Assembly: GCA_025059375.1 (NCBI GenBank)
Contig: JANXDO010000001.1
Span: 44,575 to 108,574, forward strand
DNA: 64,000 nucleotides
Source: Candidatus Nezhaarchaeota archaeon
GTDB taxonomy: Archaea > Thermoproteota > Methanomethylicia > Nezhaarchaeales > WYZ-LMO8
Direction of reading: 5' to 3'
Made by a program: the position numbers and the translations under genes. The notes below the pieces were generated by a model. That model was not told the DNA's origin, made no database searches, and saw only the letters and a program-made list of their open reading frames with translations. Positions 28,516 through 37,795 of this stretch are shown here, piece after piece (position 1 is the first letter of the stretch; the number at the start of each line of letters is the position of its first letter).

Positions 28516-28998
28516 TTGACTATGGGGGCTTTAAGGCTTCTAAGGCACATTAAGAGAATGATACCCTTAAGAGGTAACCATTGGGTTAGACATTGGTACA
28601 CAGTATCCTCAATCAAGGGGGACTTCGACCAATACTTAGGCTGTACGTACGCCCCCTTTGAGTTCGATGATATTTGGGGCTTAGGAGAGGTAGTCTTTGG
28701 GGTCAGGGATCAAGTGGGCTTCATTAGTGAATGCAGAATTCATGTTAGTAAGGATACTGAAGTTGAAGTTGAGTATGGATGCGATGATGGGGCAAGACTA
28801 TTCGTCTATGACATGTACGGTGATCTCGTCTACTTGAGGGATGATAGTTGGAAGGTACAGCCATTCACGAAGTATAGTGCATCCTTTAAGCTAAGGAAGG
28901 GTATCTACAGGTTTAGACTAGACTTCTATGAGTGGACTGCCTATGCAAGGGTATCATTTAGAGTCTTGAAGGGTGACATCAAGCCGATTAGAATTTAA
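28516..28998 (+). CDS. hypothetical protein with PA14-like beta-sandwich signature
   Basis: GCDDGARLFVYD ... KGIYRFRLDFYEWTAYARVSF resembles the PA14 core. No obvious signal peptide. Confidence 0.4.
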   Translation: MTMGALRLLRHIKRMIPLRGNHWVRHWYTVSSIKGDFDQYLGCTYAPFEFDDIWGLGEVVFGVRDQVGFISECRIHVSKDTEVEVEYGCDDGARLFVYDMYGDLVYLRDDSWKVQPFTKYSASFKLRKGIYRFRLDFYEWTAYARVSFRVLKGDIKPIRI

Positions 28999-29328
28999 GC
29001 CTCAATAGCTTCTTAACTCGATCTACATCTAAACTCAAGGACTAGGACATTAAGGGCGTGACTTAAGGTAAGTCTATGCTTTCAGCGTCTTAGCGGGTTG
29101 CAGCCCTACGTTTTCCACTTACAGTTCTTTAGGGATAGCTTAAACGCTTAAGAATCTTTAGCGAGTAAGAAGTTCCCTAATAGGCTTTCAATCGTTATGC
29201 CACCTGGTCAAGTCAAGAATTTTCACAGTACTCTTAAGAGACATACAGGGGGGAGAGGTTCGTAAAGTGTTAGCACCTCAGACCCACATAGACTAGCATC
29301 CAACTGGTTACACGTGACTGTTATTTCA

Positions 29329-30915
29329 TTAATCTCTTCTTCTCTCTAAAACCTTAGACGTTCCCGCAATCCATGGTTCAAAGCGCCTCATCACTTCAGG
29401 TATCTTATCCAAGAGGTCAGTAGCTAGAATATGGTATCCCCTCTCTTCAGCTGCAAGAGAACCAGCAGCTCCACATATGAATGCAGCTGCTGCAGCAGCT
29501 CTAAGGCATGGATACTTCCTACTTAGTATTGAGGCAGTTAGTCCCGTCAAAATGTCTCCCGTACCACCAACAGTCATGGCTGGATTGCCGGTCATGTTTA
29601 CCTTAACCCTTACCCCATCTGATATGACATCCTCTGGATGAGCTTTGACGAGGAGTGTGACCTTATGCTCCCTAGCCACGCTCATGACTACATGAGCCTT
29701 ATCGATCCAAGATCCCCTTAAGTCAAGCTTAAACAACATCTTAAATTCACCTACATGTGGAGTAAGAACTGCTTTCGCCCCCTCAACTACGCTTAAGTGT
29801 CCTACAAGTGCTTTAAGGCCATCAGCATCAATGACCATAGGCTTATCCACACCCTTAAGCCTCTCCACAATGAGCCTCACAGCCTCAAAAACCTCATCGT
29901 CAACTCCCATGCCGGGGCCTATGGCGATACAATCAAAACCTTCAGCCACCTTCACTATCTCATCGACATGCCTAGACGTAATCTTGTAACCGTCGACATC
30001 GCGGACTATGAGATTCGGAGAGAAACTTCTTATTACGCTTGAGACTGAGTTCGGAGCAATCACGACGGCTAAATCGCAGCCACCTCTCAAGGCTGCTAAC
30101 GCTGTAAGAGCAGGGGCTCCAGAATACTGAAACCCTCCGCCTACCACGAGTACTTTACCCCAATCACCCTTCTTGGACTCGGGAGGTCTTCGTCTCACAG
30201 TAAATCTAACGTCGCCGGGTCCTACAATTATCTCAGCTTCGGGAGGAGCCCCAATATTGGCAATTACAACTTCACCTGTATATCGCTCATTACCTCTCAA
30301 CCCCTTCTTGGGCTTATGCATGGTCACCGTAACATCAGCTCTTACAGCCTCACCGTGGACCTCACCAGTTGATGGGTTAATGCCCGTCGGTATATCGATC
30401 GAGACTTTAAAGGCTTTACATGAATTTATGTGCTTAACTATTGATAGTAGTGGCTCCCTCAAGGTCCCCCTTAGACCCGTCCCTATTAAGGCGTCAACCA
30501 CGACATCAGCTCCATCAAGCTCAGCTTTGAACTTATTTAAGTCGATATAGTCTCCAAGCTCAATTAGTCTTATCGTTGAGTCCATCCTCCTTATTGCCTC
30601 CCAATTGTACTTTGCCTCAAGTCCCTCTATGTCCTCACCTTTGCCGACTAAGATTACTACCGGCCTTCCACCTCTACATGCTATGTGTCTAGCTGCTGTA
30701 AATCCATCTCCACCCTTATTTCCTCTGCCGGCAACTATGACTATCTTCTTACCTCTAATGCCAAGTTTCCTCTCTATTACCTCAGCAACACTCCTTCCAG
30801 CATTCTCCATGAGTAACAGTCTTGAAACACCTAGGTATTCTGCGTTCTCGTCTATTATGGCCATCTCCTCAGCCGTAACTTCGTCAAGCTCCCCCCTAAC
30901 GTCACACTCAATCAT
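29329..30915 (-). CDS. nnr: bifunctional NAD(P)H-hydrate repair enzyme (epimerase + ADP-dependent dehydratase)
   Basis: GRGNKGGDGF (YjeF N-terminal domain) and GGTGDILTG (carbohydrate kinase domain). 528 aa. Confidence 0.9.
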   Translation of the reverse strand: MIECDVRGELDEVTAEEMAIIDENAEYLGVSRLLLMENAGRSVAEVIERKLGIRGKKIVIVAGRGNKGGDGFTAARHIACRGGRPVVILVGKGEDIEGLEAKYNWEAIRRMDSTIRLIELGDYIDLNKFKAELDGADVVVDALIGTGLRGTLREPLLSIVKHINSCKAFKVSIDIPTGINPSTGEVHGEAVRADVTVTMHKPKKGLRGNERYTGEVVIANIGAPPEAEIIVGPGDVRFTVRRRPPESKKGDWGKVLVVGGGFQYSGAPALTALAALRGGCDLAVVIAPNSVSSVIRSFSPNLIVRDVDGYKITSRHVDEIVKVAEGFDCIAIGPGMGVDDEVFEAVRLIVERLKGVDKPMVIDADGLKALVGHLSVVEGAKAVLTPHVGEFKMLFKLDLRGSWIDKAHVVMSVAREHKVTLLVKAHPEDVISDGVRVKVNMTGNPAMTVGGTGDILTGLTASILSRKYPCLRAAAAAAFICGAAGSLAAEERGYHILATDLLDKIPEVMRRFEPWIAGTSKVLERRRD

Positions 30916-30920
30916 GACAT

Positions 30921-31274
30921 CTACCTCAGAGTAGAAATTAACTCAGCTAGTGCTCTATAGACTCCATGAGCCTTAACAACCGGTATGGTTAATGAGCAGC
31001 TTCCACCCTCAAAGTGCAGCTCCCTTACATAGCTCTGCATATAGGCATGACAAACCTGCTCTATAATCATTCTCCTCTCATCGACAAACTTTCTAGAGAG
31101 GATCCTTGGGTCCAGAAAGCTATTGCATGTACATACAAGCGTTTCGGCATACCATAGGGGCTTTCTCCTCATCACATAAGCGCAAAAAGCTAAATCCTCT
31201 ATATCTTTGTTTTCTACATTGACTACCTCAACTTCATACTCAAACCACTTGAACCTCAATTTCCCATGGCTCAC
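30921..31274 (-). CDS. hypothetical protein
   Basis: 117-aa ORF packed between thrS and nnr on the same strand. No motif recognised. Confidence 0.45.
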   Translation of the reverse strand: MSHGKLRFKWFEYEVEVVNVENKDIEDLAFCAYVMRRKPLWYAETLVCTCNSFLDPRILSRKFVDERRMIIEQVCHAYMQSYVRELHFEGGSCSLTIPVVKAHGVYRALAELISTLR

Positions 31275-31316
31275 GGCACTAGCCTCCTCATGCTCAGTTC
31301 ATCCTACTACTTCTCT

Positions 31317-33188
31317 TTAAATAAACTTAGGTCTTCGTGATAGCATCCTTGGTAGCCACAACTTAGCTTTAGGCTTGTCTTTGCACTCACTACTCACTAA
31401 GTTCACTAACTCGTTTAGGGTCATGGTTACGGTCTCTCTCTTAGCTCTAACTCTAACGGATAAAACGCCTTCCTTAACCTCTTTCTCACCGATCACGACT
31501 ATGTAGGGTATCCACTCGATCTCTGCCTCTCTTATTTTCTTAGGCACGCTTTCATCTCTGTCATCAACATCTACTCTAATGTCAGCTCCCTCCAAGACAT
31601 TGGCTATCTCTACAGCCTTACTAATGTACTCTGATGAGACCGGTATTATCCTAACTTGGATAGGTGATAGCCAGACTGGTAGCATCGGTGGTTTGCCAGC
31701 CATCCTATTCTTCTCAGCTTGCTCCAATATTGCATACATCCATCTCTCTATGGATCCCATGGAGCTGTGCACTATGATGCACCCCCTCTTCTTATTATCC
31801 TTATCGACGTACTTTATATCATAGCGCTCTGAGTCCTCCACATCAAGCTGGACGGTGCACAATTGTGCATTACCGCCAAGAGAATCTATGAATTGATGTT
31901 CCTCCTTCACAACCCAATAGTGCTTCATTGTTGGCAGAACCTCTACTAACACTGGCTCCTCTATCTCCTTTGCTATTGAAGCAAACCACTCTCTATTCGA
32001 TTTGAAGAACTCCTCGACGGCCCTGAACACTATCACGTAGTCAATCATCATTGACTTAACGAGCTTCATGTACTTCTTTAATAAATTAGCGAACTCCTCT
32101 TTACCCTGCTCTAAATCTGCGCAGAAGCAGTGAACGTCAGGCATGGTGAAGCTTCTTAGCCTTCTTAAACCGACACACTCACCTCGCTTCTCAAGCCTAA
32201 ACGAGTGTGAGAGCTCATAAACCCTTAAAGGAAGTTGCTTGTAGCTTAAAGCAACCTTCTTCATCATGCTAAATAGGCCAAAATCCCCGGCAAACCTTAA
32301 AGTGAACTCCTCATTATCTATCTTGAACCTATAATCTCTCTCAAGGAACCTTGATGCCTGCTCGGCTATCTCAGGTACGCTAAGCCTATATATCATCGGC
32401 GTCTCAACTACGACAGCCCCTAAATCGTTAATTGCTATATCCATTGCGAGCTCTTCGAGCAAATATTTTACTAGAGCGCCCTTGGGCAAAAACTTGAAGT
32501 GTCCTACGTCTGAAGCAAGCTCATAGTCTACGAGCTCAAGCTTCTGCATAAACCTAATATGTGGAGGTGCACCTTTCTCAGTCTTTAATCCCCTCTCATT
32601 CATAATGAGCCTCTCTATCAAAGGAAATAACTTGACAGCCTCATCGTTATACGGTCTTTCCCTATTTAACTCTATAAGTCCACCGTCCGGCTTAATCAGT
32701 ACATAGTATCCCTCCTCTACCCCCTCTCTGGTCTTTAACTTGGAGGGCTGCAAGACCTCTACATCAGGACTTATGGTTTTAGAGAGTTCAGATAGAGGGT
32801 GACCTTTACATGATAAAACGAATGCCTTGTACCACCCAAATGGAGCTCTAGCAGCTTTAATACCTTTAATTCTAAGTTTCTCTTCAAGTCTTCTAAGCAC
32901 CTCTAGTGCGTCTTTTGGACTTGCTAACTTCGATGAGAGGTGAGCATAGGGGTATAGAAGAACCATATCGGCCCCCACATTCCCCAGGACATTCGCTATC
33001 TCTCTAGCAGCTCCCTCAACTACTGACTCTATGGCGTTCGCATCTTCATCTTCGACTGTGGTGAATACGACCAAGACATTCTTGTAAGATGCTCTCCTCT
33101 GACCTTCACTAACATCTTCTGCTTCTCTTAAGGCAAGCTCCTTAACTTCATAGCTCATAGAGTCCGCATGAATCAGTAGCATCCTCAT
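31317..33188 (-). CDS. thrS: threonine--tRNA ligase with archaeal-type N-terminal editing domain
   Basis: MRMLLIHADSMSYEV editing-domain N-terminus, class II core, and a C-terminal anticodon-binding domain. 623 aa. Confidence 0.9.
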   Translation of the reverse strand: MRMLLIHADSMSYEVKELALREAEDVSEGQRRASYKNVLVVFTTVEDEDANAIESVVEGAAREIANVLGNVGADMVLLYPYAHLSSKLASPKDALEVLRRLEEKLRIKGIKAARAPFGWYKAFVLSCKGHPLSELSKTISPDVEVLQPSKLKTREGVEEGYYVLIKPDGGLIELNRERPYNDEAVKLFPLIERLIMNERGLKTEKGAPPHIRFMQKLELVDYELASDVGHFKFLPKGALVKYLLEELAMDIAINDLGAVVVETPMIYRLSVPEIAEQASRFLERDYRFKIDNEEFTLRFAGDFGLFSMMKKVALSYKQLPLRVYELSHSFRLEKRGECVGLRRLRSFTMPDVHCFCADLEQGKEEFANLLKKYMKLVKSMMIDYVIVFRAVEEFFKSNREWFASIAKEIEEPVLVEVLPTMKHYWVVKEEHQFIDSLGGNAQLCTVQLDVEDSERYDIKYVDKDNKKRGCIIVHSSMGSIERWMYAILEQAEKNRMAGKPPMLPVWLSPIQVRIIPVSSEYISKAVEIANVLEGADIRVDVDDRDESVPKKIREAEIEWIPYIVVIGEKEVKEGVLSVRVRAKRETVTMTLNELVNLVSSECKDKPKAKLWLPRMLSRRPKFI

Positions 33189-33277
33189 GTAGAGCCCTCA
33201 AAGGATCAAGATTTCGGTTTTCATAAGACTGACAAGGAAAGGAGATATAAGGTCTTCTCGCTTACTAAAGTCATTCA

Positions 33278-33985
33278 TCACACCTTGCCTAACTCCTCAG
33301 TGAACTTCTTAACGGCCTCCTCATAACTGATCATGTCACCTATATCGTAAATCTCTCCATCAAATCCATAACTGTAAACCCTCTCCCCCCTCTTAATCAT
33401 CTCCTTAAATACCCTATCCATGCTGTCAATACCATCAAGTATGTAGTCAAATACCTTGGGCTCAAAGACGTAGATTCCAGCGTTAACTCTAAACTCTATT
33501 TTAGGCTTTTCATGCCAATCAAAGACCCTCCCTTGATCATCAAAAGCTATAACCCCAAACCTGATGATGTGTTCGACCTTCCTCAAGACCATGGTTGCAG
33601 TAGCGTTAACAGCCTTGTGGTACCTCAATAAATCCATATAGTTCATCTTAGCATAGACATCGCCATATATTGTAATAAAGGTTCCATTTACGTGTTCTCT
33701 AACTGGTTTGAGCTGTCCAGCAGTTCCTAGAGGTCTCTCTGTCTTAACGTAACTTATGTTGACCCCAAGCCACGAACCATCACCAAAGTACGACTCTATT
33801 ACTCTTGCAAGGTAACTACACGATATCACTATGTCCTTAATACCCTGATCTCTCAAGTCAACTATAATTCTCTCCAAAATAGGTTTATCACCAAGTGGTA
33901 GCATCGGCTTTGGGATGATGTAGGTCAAAGGCCTTAGCCTAGTACCTAGACCGCCGGCTAAGATCACAGCCTTAACCTTGCCCAA
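33278..33985 (-). CDS. sugar-phosphate nucleotidyltransferase
   Basis: AVILAGGLGTRLRPLT..PKPMLP signature. Confidence 0.85.
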   Translation of the reverse strand: MGKVKAVILAGGLGTRLRPLTYIIPKPMLPLGDKPILERIIVDLRDQGIKDIVISCSYLARVIESYFGDGSWLGVNISYVKTERPLGTAGQLKPVREHVNGTFITIYGDVYAKMNYMDLLRYHKAVNATATMVLRKVEHIIRFGVIAFDDQGRVFDWHEKPKIEFRVNAGIYVFEPKVFDYILDGIDSMDRVFKEMIKRGERVYSYGFDGEIYDIGDMISYEEAVKKFTEELGKV

Positions 33986-34001
33986 CTCAACCGCCCTGAA
34001 C

Positions 34002-34328
34002 TTAGAGCATGTCTTCAGCTATCTTCTTACTTCTAAACCTCTTCAACATGCTTCCATACTTCTCTTCAAACTTTCTTACTTCCTGTTCTATGCTCCTCAC
34101 TTGCCTCTTCTCCATTCTGTACTCGAGTCCGCAGAGTCCATTAGGCAGCAGTGCGTTCTTAATGCAAATGGCGTACTGGCACTTCTGTCCAAGACACTCT
34201 CCACTTGTCTCTCTACATATGAGCATTGATTGATGTGTTTGTCCTCTGTAAGGATTCATGGCGGGTCTAATGATCGCCTTTTTAGCGCACTTAAAAAACT
34301 CGCACCAAACATTACACTGCTTAGACAA
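34002..34328 (-). CDS. cysteine-rich hypothetical protein
   Basis: 108 aa with eight Cys in the first 67 residues and a basic, helical-looking C-terminus. Confidence 0.45.
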   Translation of the reverse strand: MSKQCNVWCEFFKCAKKAIIRPAMNPYRGQTHQSMLICRETSGECLGQKCQYAICIKNALLPNGLCGLEYRMEKRQVRSIEQEVRKFEEKYGSMLKRFRSKKIAEDML

Positions 34329-34406
34329 GGCATAACTCCCCTAATGCCGTACGCAAACCTCAATGTAAAAGAAAGGTAATAGGTAAGCTATAACCTTTTT
34401 TGCTAG

Positions 34407-34964
34407 GTGAAATCCTTGACAACTGCCCTCTTGGTAATAGACATGCTAAACGACTTTATTAGAGGCTCACTTAAGATACCTAAGGCCGAGGACATAATAG
34501 CTAACATAAAGAGACTAGTTGATGCCTTTCACGATCATAAGATGCCCGTAGTGTATGTTAATGATAGCCACATTGAAGGTGTAGACCAAGAACTAAGGTT
34601 GTGGGGGAACCACGCGATAAGCGGTTCTTGGGGTGCCCAAGTTGTTGATGAATTACAACCACGGAAGGGAGACATTATAGTTAGAAAGAGGCGCTACAGT
34701 GGATTCTTTTCAACAGACCTAGACCTAACACTTCGAGAGCTTAATGTTAAAACCTTGGTACTAACGGGTCTTGCGACGGACATATGCGTTCAGCATACAG
34801 CTGCTGATGCGTTCTTTAGGGGCTACAAGGTAATAGTGGTTAGTGATGCAACAGCATCCCTAACGCCTGAGAGGCATGAGAGGGCATTGAACTACATGAA
34901 GGAAGTTTATGGAGCCTCTGTACTCAAGACAGCTGATGTCGTGTCACTAATTCTGAAACCGTAA
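34407..34964 (+). CDS. isochorismatase-family cysteine hydrolase (nicotinamidase-like)
   Basis: ALLVIDMLNDF, and GLATDICVQHTA containing the catalytic Cys. Confidence 0.85.
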   Translation: MKSLTTALLVIDMLNDFIRGSLKIPKAEDIIANIKRLVDAFHDHKMPVVYVNDSHIEGVDQELRLWGNHAISGSWGAQVVDELQPRKGDIIVRKRRYSGFFSTDLDLTLRELNVKTLVLTGLATDICVQHTAADAFFRGYKVIVVSDATASLTPERHERALNYMKEVYGASVLKTADVVSLILKP

Positions 34965-35009
34965 CATTAAAGAGCTTCACGATTGAGCCCTCTGCGAGGG
35001 ATCTAGAGA

Positions 35010-35183
35010 ATGTCTAAGAAGAGGAGCTACATGAGATCTCGTATATATGAAGTGGACTACATTAAGGGTAAGATAAGATTGAGGAATAAATTATGTCCTC
35101 GATGCGGCAGGGTCATGGCTAACCACAAGGATAGATGGAGTTGTGGATATTGCCAGTACACCATATTTACCCAACAAAAGTAA
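35010..35183 (+). CDS. rps27ae: 30S ribosomal protein eS31 (S27ae)
   Basis: A 57-aa ORF found by hand: [53 protein letters not shown]. It has the CPRCG...CGYC zinc ribbon typical of eS31 and is below the ORF-track cutoff. Confidence 0.85.
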   Translation: MSKKRSYMRSRIYEVDYIKGKIRLRNKLCPRCGRVMANHKDRWSCGYCQYTIFTQQK

Positions 35184-35218
35184 TCACAGAAATTGCGTGA
35201 TAGAGGCGGTGCGCAAGC

Positions 35219-36385
35219 GTGGCGAGCGAGCTAAAAGTATGTGAGGGTGAAATAGTTAACTTGCTCGTAAAGCTGATAAGAGCAAGAAGTGAAAATCCCC
35301 CTGGACTTGAAGAGGAAGCAGCCATTATAGTCATGGATTACCTCAAGGACAAGGGGCTAGACTACAAGGTCTATGAGAAGAGTAAGGGTAGAACTAACGT
35401 TGTATGCAGTATGGGTTATGGAAGGCCAAACCTAGCCTTCATATGTCACTTAGATGTAGTGCCAGCGGGGACTGGATGGTCAAAACCTCCATACGAAGGG
35501 GTCGTAGAGGAGGGTAAGGTTTATGGTAGAGGGTCTACCGACAATAAAGGTGCATTAGCATCACTCCTCGTGGCAGCGTCAACAGTTAAGGATATCGTAG
35601 AAAAATCAGCTCAAGGCACCGTAACGATAGCAGCTGTAGCTGATGAAGAGCAAGGAAGCACGTACGGTATAAGTTACCTCACAAGCCATGTTGGGTTTAA
35701 GCCAGATTACGCAATTGTATGTGAATCGACTGGCTGCAACACTATAGTTGTAGCTGAAAAGGGAATTCTAAGATTAAGGCTAAAGTCTAGAGGGAGGCTT
35801 GCGCATGGTAGTAGACCGCATGAGGGCATCAATGCTATACTAAAGATGGCTAAGGTTCTAGTGAGAATGGAGTCCTTAACCATGAAGTACGAGCCTCATC
35901 CACTATTCACTCCTCCAACAATTAATGTAGGCACGATAGTTGGTGGGGAGGCAGTTAATGTGGTGCCATCAGAGTGTAAGTGTACGCTCGATATTAGATA
36001 TCTGCCATCTCAGACCCCAAGCACCATCTTAAACGAAATAAACTCTATTATTGAGGAGCTAAAGCTGCACGACCCGCAAATCGATGTTGAAGCTGAGATG
36101 ATAAGCTTTGAGGATCCAATCGTGACCTCACAAGACCACCCTCTCGTTAAGCTGGTGGCCAACAGTGCTTCAAAGGTCTTAGGCTTTAAGCCTAAGCCCG
36201 TCGGCATTGGGGGAGGAACTGTCGCCAAGCTATTAGTTAAGAGCGGTGTGCCATCGATTGTTTATGGCCCGGGCGATGAATCCATGTGTCATAGGGCCGA
36301 TGAGCACATAGATGTAATGCAGCTTAAACTCGCAGCCCAAATATATATGGATATAATGCTTAGTTTTAGAGAGTACTTAAAGTGA
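35219..36385 (+). CDS. M20 family metallopeptidase (ArgE/DapE/carboxypeptidase-like)
   Basis: CHLDVVP, GRGSTDNKG and ADEEQGS metal-binding blocks. Confidence 0.85.
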   Translation: MASELKVCEGEIVNLLVKLIRARSENPPGLEEEAAIIVMDYLKDKGLDYKVYEKSKGRTNVVCSMGYGRPNLAFICHLDVVPAGTGWSKPPYEGVVEEGKVYGRGSTDNKGALASLLVAASTVKDIVEKSAQGTVTIAAVADEEQGSTYGISYLTSHVGFKPDYAIVCESTGCNTIVVAEKGILRLRLKSRGRLAHGSRPHEGINAILKMAKVLVRMESLTMKYEPHPLFTPPTINVGTIVGGEAVNVVPSECKCTLDIRYLPSQTPSTILNEINSIIEELKLHDPQIDVEAEMISFEDPIVTSQDHPLVKLVANSASKVLGFKPKPVGIGGGTVAKLLVKSGVPSIVYGPGDESMCHRADEHIDVMQLKLAAQIYMDIMLSFREYLK

Positions 36386-36903
36386 TATTCATGACTGAAG
36401 TTAAGAGGTTAGCAATATTATGGGCTCCGTGGAGGATGAAGTACTTAGAATCGCTTAGAAGGGAAACATGCATCTTTTGTATAGGTAAGGACTCTGGGAA
36501 GGATCAAGAAAACTTGGTGGTTTATAGAGGCTTAAAATCATTCATCATGGTGAACAAGTATCCATATAATACCGGTCACGTTATGGTAGCCCCTTATAGA
36601 CACGTCAGTGACTTAACGAATCTAACAGATGAAGAGCTCTTGGATACAATGAAAAACGTAAGCCTCTCGATTAGAATTTTGAGAGAAGCCCTAAGGCCAG
36701 AAGGCTTCAACATTGGGGTGAATTTAGGCAAGGTATCGGGCGCTGGAATTGAAGATCACGTACACATACACGTAGTGCCTCGGTGGCTTGGAGATACCAA
36801 CTTTATGCCGGTAGTATCTCAAGCCAAGGTAATACCCGAACTACCAGAAACTACATGTAGGAAGCTAAGAGAAGCTTTATCAAGACTCATGGACAGGGGG
36901 TAG
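36382..36903 (+). CDS. HIT family nucleotide hydrolase/transferase
   Basis: Histidine triad HVHIHVVPR. The start overlaps the M20 stop. Confidence 0.85.
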   Translation: MIFMTEVKRLAILWAPWRMKYLESLRRETCIFCIGKDSGKDQENLVVYRGLKSFIMVNKYPYNTGHVMVAPYRHVSDLTNLTDEELLDTMKNVSLSIRILREALRPEGFNIGVNLGKVSGAGIEDHVHIHVVPRWLGDTNFMPVVSQAKVIPELPETTCRKLREALSRLMDRG

Positions 36904-36913
36904 TAATCTTATC

Positions 36914-37795
36914 GTGAAGATAGGCATCTTTACAAGGAATGAGCGTTCATGGTGTTCACGAAAGCTTAGAGACGAAATAATAAAGGCTGGTCATGAACCA
37001 TATCCTTTAAGATTTAGTAGGGTAAGAGTCAACATAGGGCTCACTCCAAGCGTAGTTCACGACGACCTTGATCTAATTAAGGAGCTCTCAATTGCAATAG
37101 TCAGACCTATAGGAAGAGGCTCAGTTGATGAGTGCTTCTTTAGAATAGACCTCCTCCACAAGCTCGAAAGAAGTGGATTACCGGTAGTGAATAGGCCATC
37201 AGCTATAGAAAAGTGCATGAGCAAATTTACATGTTTAGCCATCCTCGAGGAGCATGGTTTACCGGTACCTAAAACCATTGTCACTGAAAACCCTGTTGAA
37301 GCGTTAAGGGCGTATCACGAGATGGGTGGAGATGTAGTTATTAAACCACTCTACGGTTCTAGAGGTTTTGGAATCTCAAGGTTAAGGGATGAGGATGTAG
37401 CTCGAAGAGTATTCGCAGACTTACACTTCATGAGGCACATCCTCTACGTGCAGGAATTCATTCCCCACGGTGGGAGAGACATAAGGATGTTCGTGGTGGG
37501 TGGAGAAATAGTCGCATCAATGCAGAGGCTGGCACTATCTGGGTGGAAGACAAACATAGCCTTAGGTGCTAAACCTGTACCACTAACTCCAAGTGAAGAA
37601 TTAATCGAGATGGCACTCAAATCTTGTGAAGTTTTAGGCTGTGAGATAGCGGGTGTCGACATTATAGAGTCTCCTTCAGGTTTCCTATTGACAGAGGTTA
37701 ACAGCCAACCGGGCTGGATGGGTTTACAAGCTGTCACCAAAGTAAATGTTGCTGCTAAGATCGTTAAGTACTTAATATTAAAGGCGAAGAAGTGA
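36914..37795 (+). CDS. RimK-family ATP-grasp alpha-L-glutamate ligase (MptN/CofF-like)
   Basis: RimK-like N-terminus MKIGIFTR and ATP-grasp blocks (VVIKPLYGSRGFGI, EVNSQPGW). Confidence 0.8.
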   Translation: MKIGIFTRNERSWCSRKLRDEIIKAGHEPYPLRFSRVRVNIGLTPSVVHDDLDLIKELSIAIVRPIGRGSVDECFFRIDLLHKLERSGLPVVNRPSAIEKCMSKFTCLAILEEHGLPVPKTIVTENPVEALRAYHEMGGDVVIKPLYGSRGFGISRLRDEDVARRVFADLHFMRHILYVQEFIPHGGRDIRMFVVGGEIVASMQRLALSGWKTNIALGAKPVPLTPSEELIEMALKSCEVLGCEIAGVDIIESPSGFLLTEVNSQPGWMGLQAVTKVNVAAKIVKYLILKAKK

